In this document: piece after piece, positions 49,108 through 57,174 of the stretch
Layout: the number at the start of each line of letters is the position of its first letter
How positions within the stretch are numbered: the first letter of the stretch is position 1
Assembly: GCA_048941385.1 (NCBI GenBank)
Contig: JBHLNR010000002.1
Span: 1,506 to 65,505 of the forward strand
Source: Promethearchaeota archaeon
Lineage (GTDB): Archaea > Asgardarchaeota > Lokiarchaeia > Sigyniarchaeales > SOKP01
Length of the DNA stretch: 64,000 nt
Direction: 5' to 3'
Notes under the pieces: generated by a model
What the model was told of the DNA's origin: nothing
Database searches by the model: none
The model's input: only the letters and a program-made list of their open reading frames with translations
Translations under genes and position numbers: made by a program

Positions 49108-49545
49108 ATGAAGGAAGCTGGATTCGAATTTAAAGAACATACAGCAGATGTTAGAGTCAAAAGTTGGGGAAAAACTCTTGAAGAAGCATTTTCACAAGCT
49201 GCATTAAGTTTAATGGCTACAATCACTCCAAATTTGAGTAAAATTTCTCAAGAAGTTATGAAGCAGATCGAAATTGAAGCTGAAGATAAATTTGCGCTTT
49301 GTTTTGATTTTTTGTCAGAGTTTCTTTATATATTTGATGTAGAAGAATTAGTGTTTAGTTATATATCTGTACAATCAATTGAAAAAGTTGAAAATAAATA
49401 TAAATTATATGCAGCTGTAAAGGGTGAAAAATTCAATAAAAACAAGCATGAAATCGGGACAGAAGTGAAAGCAATGACCTATGCCGATATGAACATTATT
49501 CAAAAAAAAAAAAGAGTAGAAATTGAGATTGTATTTGATATTTAG
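49108..49545 (+). CDS. Archease (RtcB activator)
   Basis: 145 aa with FEFKEHTADVRVKSWGKTLEEAF at the N-terminus and VKAMTY near the C-terminus. It is divergent from and adjacent to rtcB. Confidence 0.85.
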   Translation: MKEAGFEFKEHTADVRVKSWGKTLEEAFSQAALSLMATITPNLSKISQEVMKQIEIEAEDKFALCFDFLSEFLYIFDVEELVFSYISVQSIEKVENKYKLYAAVKGEKFNKNKHEIGTEVKAMTYADMNIIQKKKRVEIEIVFDI

Positions 49546-49560
49546 GAATTTTTTTATTTA

Positions 49561-51051
49561 TTATCCTTTCACAACTCCAACGGGAACAAGTCTTACTACT
49601 TTTTCAACAATACCTAGATCATGACTAACTTGTACGACTTGATCTATATCTTTGTAAGCACCAGGACTTTCTTCAGCTAATACTTTCATAGAAGCACTTT
49701 TGACTAAAATTCCTTTCTTACCTAAATCCTCTTGAATCTTAGTGCCCCAATATTTTTTAATAGCTTTTGATCTAGACATAACTCTGCCAGATCCATGGGC
49801 AGTTGACCCAAAAGATAAATCCATTGCTCTTGGTTTACCTACACATAAATATGATGCGGATCCCATGGTTCCAGGAATTAAAGCCGGTTGACCAATATTT
49901 TTATAATCTTGTGGCAAGACAGGATGGTTTGGTGGAAAAGCTCTTGTTGCTCCTTTTCGATGTACGTTTAATTTCATTTTTTTACCATTCACTTCGTGTT
50001 CTTCGATTTTAAGAATATTATGGCAAACACCATAAATCATGTGGAAATCTAATGCATCAACATCCTTTTTAAATGTATTTTGGAAAGACTCTCTTAACCA
50101 ATGAGTTATTAATTGACGATTAGTAAATCCAAAATTAGCAGCACACGCCATTTGTTGTAAATAATTCTGTGCTTCGGGAGTATCTGCCGGTACACAAGCC
50201 AGTTCTCTATCTGGTACTTTTATTTTATATTGCTTCATTGCCTGTTCGATGTTTCGTAAACTATCAGTGCAAACTTGATGACCTAAAGCCCGACTTCCTG
50301 TATGAACCATTACAGTAATTTGATTCTTGTCAAGTATTCCTAGCTTTTTAGCAATTTCGGTATTATATATTTGATCTACTTTTTGGATCTCCAGAAAATG
50401 GTTACCACTACCTAAAGAACCAAGTTGTTTAATTGCTCTTTGCTTTGCTTTTTGAGAAACTAAGCTAGCTTCTGCATTCTTTAAACACCCATTTTCTTCT
50501 AAGTGTTTGAGGTCTTCCTCAATTGCATACCCATTCTCTAAAGCCCAGTTCACTCCATTATTGAGTACTTTATCCAAATCTGAATAACTAATATTTAGTT
50601 TACCTTTTGAGCCTAAGCCTGAAGGTATATTACCAAAGATTTTATTTAATAAATTTGGAAGTACATTTTTAATATCGTTAAGAAATAGATTTGTTCTTAA
50701 TAAACGAACCCCACAATTAATGTCATACCCCACTCCTCCGGGTGATATCATTCCTGTCTCAGCATCTGTTCCAGCAACCCCACCAATGCAAAATCCATAT
50801 CCCTGATGGGCGTCTGATAATGCGATTGCGTGTTTCTGTATTCCTGGGAGGCAAGCTACATTTGCAATTTGATCTAATGTGCGATCCTGTTTTATTTTCT
50901 CCAAAATATAATTATTGGCATAGATCTTAACAGGAACTCTCATCTGGAATTTTTCTATATTCCCTTGAATCCGTGTCATCAAAGTTTTAGGAGGAATCTC
51001 ATAGATGTTCTCCTCAACTTTATTCACATTCATCTTAAAATTATAAGTCAA
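49561..51051 (-). CDS. rtcB: RtcB 3'-phosphate RNA ligase (tRNA splicing ligase)
   Basis: 496 aa with the metal/GMP-His blocks DAHQGYGF, GGVGYDINCG, SGNHF, HTGSR and HGSGR. No intein is present. Confidence 0.95.
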   Translation of the reverse strand: MTYNFKMNVNKVEENIYEIPPKTLMTRIQGNIEKFQMRVPVKIYANNYILEKIKQDRTLDQIANVACLPGIQKHAIALSDAHQGYGFCIGGVAGTDAETGMISPGGVGYDINCGVRLLRTNLFLNDIKNVLPNLLNKIFGNIPSGLGSKGKLNISYSDLDKVLNNGVNWALENGYAIEEDLKHLEENGCLKNAEASLVSQKAKQRAIKQLGSLGSGNHFLEIQKVDQIYNTEIAKKLGILDKNQITVMVHTGSRALGHQVCTDSLRNIEQAMKQYKIKVPDRELACVPADTPEAQNYLQQMACAANFGFTNRQLITHWLRESFQNTFKKDVDALDFHMIYGVCHNILKIEEHEVNGKKMKLNVHRKGATRAFPPNHPVLPQDYKNIGQPALIPGTMGSASYLCVGKPRAMDLSFGSTAHGSGRVMSRSKAIKKYWGTKIQEDLGKKGILVKSASMKVLAEESPGAYKDIDQVVQVSHDLGIVEKVVRLVPVGVVKG

Positions 51052-51195
51052 TCAATTTTCAAAAATATTTTCATTTATTGGAATAATGTTAGAATATTCA
51101 TCCATGAATTAAAATCCTAAATTAATTCTTGTTTTTTTAGAACTGTCTTTCTTAATCAAAAATGAGTAAATTGAATGTAAAAGAAGAAACTTAAA

Positions 51196-51921
51196 TCATT
51201 TAATTTCTACAAACGAAAGCAGTTCTAATTTATCTAGATTATTCATTATTTTTTGAATTTCAGATTCAGGGCGTCCAGATTCCTCTGCAATGTCTGAAAT
51301 TGTATGAAATCCATCAGCTAAATGTGCAATATCAAATTCTTCCTCATCTAATACCCCCTGTGCTACAACTTGTTTCGGTAACCGCTTTTCCGTCCATTCA
51401 GGCTTGACATCTTTCACTTCACGTAAATCCTCTTCTGAGAGTATTAATCCTTTCTTGGCAATTTGCTTCTGAGATTTCAAGAAATCTTTTTTGAATATTT
51501 TTAAAATGGGTATCTTTAATTGGATCTCGGCAACTTTGCCAGTCTTTAAAATTTCATCTATTACGTTTTCAAAATCCCGAAAAATTCGCACATCTCCTGA
51601 CCACCCTTCAAGTTTATCCCCAAATTTAGCAACAAACCGGTCAATTATATCAGTTAACGCCTTATGTGTGATTTTAGCATCATCATTTTTATCGGCCGCA
51701 GCAGTACATAGTACACCTTCTTTAAAAACAAGTAATAAATAAAATACTTGCATATCGATAACCTTCAATTCACCAGAACCCTTCGAAAACTCAACACTAA
51801 AGTCTTTAAGTGCGGTGAGAAAACCACTTACTAAATCTTGATTAAACTCTATACTTCCATATTTCCTATGGATTAAACAAATTCCTGTATATTGATGAAT
51901 CAAGTAAAAATTATGTAACAA
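51196..51921 (-). CDS. Longin / sigma-adaptin-like (SNARE-like fold) domain protein with a C-terminal winged-helix-like tail
   Basis: The N-terminal ~130 aa follow the longin/AP-sigma pattern: FYLIHQYTGICL..KYG, LVSGFLTALKDFS, FYLLLVF, then a long helix ending FENVIDEILKTGKV. This call is by eye. Confidence 0.45.
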   Translation of the reverse strand: MLHNFYLIHQYTGICLIHRKYGSIEFNQDLVSGFLTALKDFSVEFSKGSGELKVIDMQVFYLLLVFKEGVLCTAAADKNDDAKITHKALTDIIDRFVAKFGDKLEGWSGDVRIFRDFENVIDEILKTGKVAEIQLKIPILKIFKKDFLKSQKQIAKKGLILSEEDLREVKDVKPEWTEKRLPKQVVAQGVLDEEEFDIAHLADGFHTISDIAEESGRPESEIQKIMNNLDKLELLSFVEIK

Positions 51922-52225
51922 AATGAATACCTCAACAATATAACTTTATTATTATATTTAATAAGAATATGATAATTTAAATCTCTTTATAAGCTACAAA
52001 AAAATGAACTTTATTTAATTAGATCATAAAGAGATTGAATCTTGAAAGATCTAATCATCTCCTGTTTTGAATACTTTTTGTCCTTTTCAAGATTATTATA
52101 TGATTTCAATATAAGATTAGAATAAAATTTTAAAAGAAATTTTACGTTAAGAATGAAATAAATCTTAAATAAATTGGCATCAAGTAATGCATTAGTCAGA
52201 ACTATAAATAAAAGAGGGATATAAA

Positions 52226-52540
52226 ATGAACTATTATCTTTTTTTAGTTACGGTCCCAAATAATAAAGAGGGACAAAGAATAGCAAGAATTTTAGTAGAA
52301 AGCAAAATTGTAGCTTGTGTAAACATTATCAAAAATATATCTTCAATATATCGATGGAAAGGAGAAATTGAAGAAGATACTGAGCATTTACTATTGATCA
52401 AAACTACAGAAGAAAAGAGCGAATTATTAATTGAAAAAATAAGAGAAGCTCATTCGTATGAAAATCCTGAATGCATTGGTTTTAAAATTGAAAAAGGATC
52501 TGAAAAATATTTAAATTGGATTAAAGACATTGTTGATTGA
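52226..52540 (+). CDS. cutA: CutA divalent-cation tolerance protein
   Basis: 104 aa. VACVNI..I.SIYRWKGEIEEDTEHLLLIKT is the CutA1 signature. Confidence 0.85.
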   Translation: MNYYLFLVTVPNNKEGQRIARILVESKIVACVNIIKNISSIYRWKGEIEEDTEHLLLIKTTEEKSELLIEKIREAHSYENPECIGFKIEKGSEKYLNWIKDIVD

Positions 52541-52563
52541 ATAAAAAATAACTAACTTTAATT

Positions 52564-53394
52564 ATGTTATATAATGCTTTTCAAGTTGATTGGATTTTTG
52601 TCGATACAGTGATAATTATTTTATTATTCTTATTACTATTAGCTGTAAAAATTTTCAAATCAACGCATCGATGGCGGTTAAGTTTCTCTAACGAGGCATT
52701 AGAATCTCATTCTTTTCCAAAACCATTTGGGAACAGTGAAAGTAATAATATCAAAGTAAAACACTGTAATCTAGTAAGAAATTCCTCTCTATGTAAACAA
52801 TATGAAAATTATCCTTTAGTTCTAATCATACGAAAAAAATTCAAGAAGCATCTGGCAAAAATTTTAACAGAGGGTTTAAGTAGCTACGGTTTTAATATCA
52901 TTAATTTGAAGCTTCAGATTAAATTTGATTTAAGTCTCAATAATGCTTATGATGTGATAAAATTTCTATTATCACGAATAATAGATAATTTCAAAAATCA
53001 GGATCTAATCAGGAATTCAGATTATATAGTATTAAATTTATCAAGATCTGTTAATCCTAATAGAGAAGGAGTATCAGATCCAAATGAGATAGGATATATA
53101 GCAGTTAATCCAAGGATCAATAAATATAATATTGGAAGTTTAAAAGAGATTTTTCTAAACCAATTACAATATCCTCAATTATTTTATATTTTTAGCAAAC
53201 GCAACTTCTTTATTTTGAAAAATAATGATTTGAAATATGTTAATAACGAAATTGGTGGAAATATCATAAATATGGCTAATTTAATAACACTGGAAAAAGC
53301 CAGTAGAGGTTTTAAATATTATGAAACAATTTTATTGGGCATCATTATTGATATTATTGAAAATAAATTAGTTAAATCTACTAACCACACTTGA
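52564..53394 (+). CDS. Hypothetical N-terminally membrane-anchored protein
   Basis: 276 aa with one N-terminal TM helix. It is the first gene of a co-directional, closely spaced four-gene string. Confidence 0.4.
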   Translation: MLYNAFQVDWIFVDTVIIILLFLLLLAVKIFKSTHRWRLSFSNEALESHSFPKPFGNSESNNIKVKHCNLVRNSSLCKQYENYPLVLIIRKKFKKHLAKILTEGLSSYGFNIINLKLQIKFDLSLNNAYDVIKFLLSRIIDNFKNQDLIRNSDYIVLNLSRSVNPNREGVSDPNEIGYIAVNPRINKYNIGSLKEIFLNQLQYPQLFYIFSKRNFFILKNNDLKYVNNEIGGNIINMANLITLEKASRGFKYYETILLGIIIDIIENKLVKSTNHT

Positions 53395-53397
53395 TTC

Positions 53398-54105
53398 ATG
53401 AAAGAAGCTAAGATATTAAGGGATCATCATCATATTGTAAAATATTCCGAAGATCAATGGGCCATATTAAAACAAAAAAGAGCGAATGCTATAAAACTAT
53501 TAGAAATATTCGTTAAAGAAGGGTTTAAACCAATCGTTTATGGGAGTGTTGCTCGCGGGGATGTGCATAAATCTAGTGATATCGACATCATCTTTATTCA
53601 AACAATTCCCTCATTCCAAATTGAATATATCCTAAATAAAAATGGTTATGATAACTATTTTAGAGAAATTATTATGGCAACACCCCTAGATTCAATCAAA
53701 TTATACATTCATTTAAGTGAACTTGAGAGTATTACGGTTCCTCTTTCAAAGCTTGATAGAAATGTTTATGAATTCTATAATTTTGGGGGTAGTATATCCT
53801 TAAACGATCTCAAATCAGAACACCGAGTAACAGGTATAGATAAAAGACTTGTATTAATTAGGCCTAATAAGTATGGGCATGAAGAAACTTCTATCATTGG
53901 AAATGAAGCTCTTGCTGCTAAAGAAGTGGGTGTCAGTATCGACGCTGTAAATGAGCGTAAGAGAGTATTACTTAGAAGAGAACAACACGGAAGAACAGGA
54001 GTCTTCCTAAAAAGGAATCTCCAAATGCATGAATCCACAGAGGAAGTATTGAAAAATCTTGCTAAAAGAAAGGCTATTGTAAGAAAAAAGTTACTAAAAT
54101 CATGA
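53398..54105 (+). CDS. Pol-beta-superfamily nucleotidyltransferase domain protein
   Basis: YGSVARGDVHKSSDIDI is the GS-x9-DxD minimal NTase motif. Its stop overlaps the next gene's start (ATGA at 54102-54105). Confidence 0.65.
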   Translation: MKEAKILRDHHHIVKYSEDQWAILKQKRANAIKLLEIFVKEGFKPIVYGSVARGDVHKSSDIDIIFIQTIPSFQIEYILNKNGYDNYFREIIMATPLDSIKLYIHLSELESITVPLSKLDRNVYEFYNFGGSISLNDLKSEHRVTGIDKRLVLIRPNKYGHEETSIIGNEALAAKEVGVSIDAVNERKRVLLRREQHGRTGVFLKRNLQMHESTEEVLKNLAKRKAIVRKKLLKS

Positions 54106-55253
54106 AAAAAGCAAAATTAATTACTACAAAAGAAGAAAATGTCTTTATAAAAGGAAGAGGTCTTCCTAAAGGCTGTAAGCTATGTTTAAAAGGTCAAAAA
54201 GCAGTCTTATTTTTAAATGGGATTTGTCAAAAGCCTAATTATTGCTCTTGGTATTGCCCTATTTCATCAGAAAGGAGAGGAAAAGATGCAACCTTCGCAA
54301 ATGAGATTGAAATTACTTCAAAAGAGGATTTGTTAGAAGAGATTAATAAGATAGATGCTAAAGGAATGAGTATTACTGGTGGTGAACCTCTTTCTGAATT
54401 AAATTTGGAGAAAACTCTTGAATATATTAAATATATTAAAGCTAAAAAAAGCCACAGGTTTCATATCCATCTTTACACCAATGGTATTACCTTTAATGAA
54501 GCAATCGCTAGTAAACTGGCTATAGCAGGATTAGATGAGATTAGATTTCACGCGTCTAAAGATTATTGGTCTAATATTGAATTCACTTTGAATAAGGGTA
54601 TAATAGTTGGATCAGAAGTCCCTGTCATTCCTAATAAAGAGAATCTTAAAGAGCTTCATGAATTAATCCTCCATCTGGACAGGATTGGAGTAGACTTTAT
54701 CAATTTAAATGAATTTGAATATTGCTTTCCTAATAGTGAATCTTTAAAGACAAGGGGATTTCAATTAAAAAAAGGATCTATAGCATCAGTGGTAAATAGT
54801 CATGAAACTGCAATTGAGACAATAAAAGAATTAGGGAATAAGGTATCTATCAAAATGCACTTCTGCCCTATTCGTTCAAAAGACTATTATCAGTTAAGAA
54901 ATAGATACATTAGACGAGCTAAAAATGTAAAATTACCTTTTGAGGTGATTTCTGAGGAAGGGCTTCTAATCTTTGCCCAGGTTGAAGGGATTGAGGAGGA
55001 TGTAGAGAAGTTAAAAAGGTTTTTATTAACAGAAATGAAGGTTGATGAAAATCTTCTATTATTAGAGGAAGAAACCTTAAAAATGCCTTTTTATCTCGCA
55101 ATAGATGACCAAATTATATCTATAATTGACAAATTACGACTAAAAGCATATATAATTGAAATGACTCCATTTAGAAAGAAAAAGTATCAGCAGATAACAG
55201 AAAAAACTCCCTTAAAATTATTTAAAGAGGAATTTGGATTAAATGAAGATTGA
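54102..55253 (+). CDS. Radical SAM domain protein (non-standard Cys spacing)
   Basis: The ITGGEPLSE SAM-binding motif and TIM-barrel-like pattern are present. The Cys cluster is CQKPNYCSWYC, not CxxxCxxC. It overlaps both neighbours. Confidence 0.55.
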   Translation: MKKAKLITTKEENVFIKGRGLPKGCKLCLKGQKAVLFLNGICQKPNYCSWYCPISSERRGKDATFANEIEITSKEDLLEEINKIDAKGMSITGGEPLSELNLEKTLEYIKYIKAKKSHRFHIHLYTNGITFNEAIASKLAIAGLDEIRFHASKDYWSNIEFTLNKGIIVGSEVPVIPNKENLKELHELILHLDRIGVDFINLNEFEYCFPNSESLKTRGFQLKKGSIASVVNSHETAIETIKELGNKVSIKMHFCPIRSKDYYQLRNRYIRRAKNVKLPFEVISEEGLLIFAQVEGIEEDVEKLKRFLLTEMKVDENLLLLEEETLKMPFYLAIDDQIISIIDKLRLKAYIIEMTPFRKKKYQQITEKTPLKLFKEEFGLNED

Positions 55254-55692
55254 AGATGTTACCTTTACGGATTTAAAAAATATTATGATCCTTGAAATTG
55301 AATTATTCGGAGAAAATGCATTTACTAGGCAATTAATGGAAGAATTAATACGCCACAACACCTTTTTTTTAAAGCTAGTTGATGATACAAGCAAAAATGA
55401 AATAATTGGGTTTATTATTGCTATTCGAGATAAAATCGATAGGATCAATATTATTAATTTCCTCATAGACCCAAACTTTCAAAACAAAGGATATGGAGCA
55501 CTTCTACTGCAAAACATCATTGAAAGAATAAAACAAATAAAAGAGGTTAAAAAAGTAGTTTTAAATGTTCAAGTAAGTAATACAGCAGCAATTAAATTGT
55601 ATGAGAAATTTAATTTCAAAAAAAATCCTAATGAACTTACTAATTATTATCCATCTGGGGAAAACGCGTATTTCATGGAATTAGAAATCTGA
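55243..55692 (+). CDS. rimI: GNAT N-acetyltransferase (RimI / Ard1-like protein N-terminal acetyltransferase)
   Basis: 149 aa with the acetyl-CoA motif A QNKGYGALLLQ and the beta-bulge region VVLNVQVSNTAAIKLYEKFNF. Confidence 0.8.
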   Translation: MKIEDVTFTDLKNIMILEIELFGENAFTRQLMEELIRHNTFFLKLVDDTSKNEIIGFIIAIRDKIDRINIINFLIDPNFQNKGYGALLLQNIIERIKQIKEVKKVVLNVQVSNTAAIKLYEKFNFKKNPNELTNYYPSGENAYFMELEI

Positions 55693-55770
55693 GTTTTACT
55701 TTACTAAGAATTTATAAATAAATTCTATTATAATATGGATAAATATCAATATTAATTATTTCAAATCAAT

Positions 55771-55778
55771 TTTAAATA
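55771..55778 (+). promoter_or_regulatory. TATA-like box upstream of the 51-codon ORF
   Basis: TTTAAATA is centred about 22 nt upstream of the GTG at 55796, which would imply a leaderless or very short-leader transcript. Confidence 0.25.
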
Positions 55779-55795
55779 AAAGGGGTTGATAATAA

Positions 55796-55951
55796 GTGGC
55801 ACCTATTGATAAAGATCTTCAAGATGAAATTAAGAAAGGCGTTTCACTCACTAAAGTTGATGAAGCTGATCTTCGCAGGAGGGAAGAAGAAAAGAAGAAA
55901 CGCATGGAAGAATTAGAAAAAGTAAAAGCAGCTTTAGGACAAAAAGAATAA
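55796..55951 (+). CDS. Unannotated 51-aa ORF with a WH2-like (actin-monomer-binding) motif
   Basis: GTG start directly after an in-frame TAA, with AGGGG 11-15 nt upstream and T-runs downstream. The product is VAPIDKDLQDEIKKGVSLTKVDEADLRRREEEKKKRMEELEKVKAALGQKE. Confidence 0.35.
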   Translation: MAPIDKDLQDEIKKGVSLTKVDEADLRRREEEKKKRMEELEKVKAALGQKE

Positions 55952-55971
55952 GCTTTACTAGTTAAATCCGG

Positions 55972-55994
55972 TTATTTTTTATCTATTTTTATTT
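55972..55994 (+). terminator. Oligo-T terminator-like tracts after the 51-codon ORF
   Basis: TTATTTTTTATCTATTTTTATTT lies 20-45 nt after the stop codon. Confidence 0.25.
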
Positions 55995-56082
55995 CTATTG
56001 TTTTAAATCAATCTCATTTTAAATTAAATTAAGCTTATCTAAGATTTTAGATTAATTTTAATTAGCAATTAATTGGAGATAG

Positions 56083-57165
56083 TTGTATTATTTGAAAATA
56101 CTAAAAATCGATCAGAAACTAAGAGAGATAATTGTAAAGCCCGAAAATCTTAATGATTTATGGACTCTTTATAATATTATAAGTGAGGGAGATGAGGTCT
56201 CTGCTCGTACACAGAGAAGGGTAATATTAAAAGAAGGTTCCACGGGTGAAAGAAAAGTAATGAATTTGAAATTAAAAGTTGAATCAATTTCTTTTCATGA
56301 GTTTTCAAATCGATTAAGAGTAAAAGGAAAGATTCTAGAAGGACCTGATGATTTTATCAGCTATGGTTCGTACCATACTTTTAACATTGAACCATTACTA
56401 AAAATCAGGATAATCAAAGAAAAATGGTCAAATTATGAAATAAAACGACTCAAGGAAAGTTCAAAGTTTGAAAAGAACTTTATTATTTTAATTATAGCAA
56501 TAGAAACAGGTCTAGCAACAATTAGTCTTGTTACTAACTTTAGTCATAAAAGGATTGCGACTATTAAATCACACGTACCAGGAAAGAGATACCAACAAAC
56601 TTATCGCAATAAGGCACTACTAGAATTCTATGAAGGAATAGGGAATATAGTAAAGGAAAATATTAAAGCTCATAATGTGAATATAATAATTATTTGCGGT
56701 CCAGGGAATATAAAAGATTATTTTATTGATTATTTAAGAGAAAATCTTGATCCAGGTTATTCACCGAGAATAGAAAGCTGTCATGCAAGTTCAGGGACAG
56801 AAAGTGCAATTCTAGAGACCTTAAAATCTAAAAAGTTAGCAAAATTAAAAAAAGAAGTTAAAGCTTTACAGGAAACCGAATTGATTGAAAATGTTCTTTC
56901 CCAATTCGCCCTTGATGCAGATCTTATTGTAATAGGATTAGATGAGGTTTTTGAAGCTTCTGAAAGGGGGGCAATTGAACAACTCCTTATAGCTGATACA
57001 ATGATTCGGGGAACGTCAAAGGATCATAAGTTAAAAATTGAAGAGATAATAACTAACGTGGAGAATACAGGAGGCTTCATAACCATTATGAGTACTGAAA
57101 ATGTTGCTGGAGAACAATTGGTAAATTTAGGATCATTAGTTGGGATTTTACGATATAAATTATAG
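56083..57165 (+). CDS. pelA: Pelota (Dom34 homologue, ribosome rescue / no-go decay)
   Basis: 360 aa with the N-terminal VKPENLNDLWTLYNIISEGDEVSARTQRRV Sm-like domain and eRF1-like domains 2 and 3. The start is TTG. Confidence 0.9.
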   Translation: MYYLKILKIDQKLREIIVKPENLNDLWTLYNIISEGDEVSARTQRRVILKEGSTGERKVMNLKLKVESISFHEFSNRLRVKGKILEGPDDFISYGSYHTFNIEPLLKIRIIKEKWSNYEIKRLKESSKFEKNFIILIIAIETGLATISLVTNFSHKRIATIKSHVPGKRYQQTYRNKALLEFYEGIGNIVKENIKAHNVNIIIICGPGNIKDYFIDYLRENLDPGYSPRIESCHASSGTESAILETLKSKKLAKLKKEVKALQETELIENVLSQFALDADLIVIGLDEVFEASERGAIEQLLIADTMIRGTSKDHKLKIEEIITNVENTGGFITIMSTENVAGEQLVNLGSLVGILRYKL

Positions 57166-57174
57166 TTATTTGCC

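Noticed and set aside
19133-51051. Possible inteins in NrdD, RpoB, PolD DP2 or RtcB, which are common intein hosts in archaea.
   Set aside because: The protein lengths (711, 1123, 1151 and 496 aa) are those of intein-free versions. The conserved host motifs are contiguous, and no intein block A/B or terminal HN signatures were seen.
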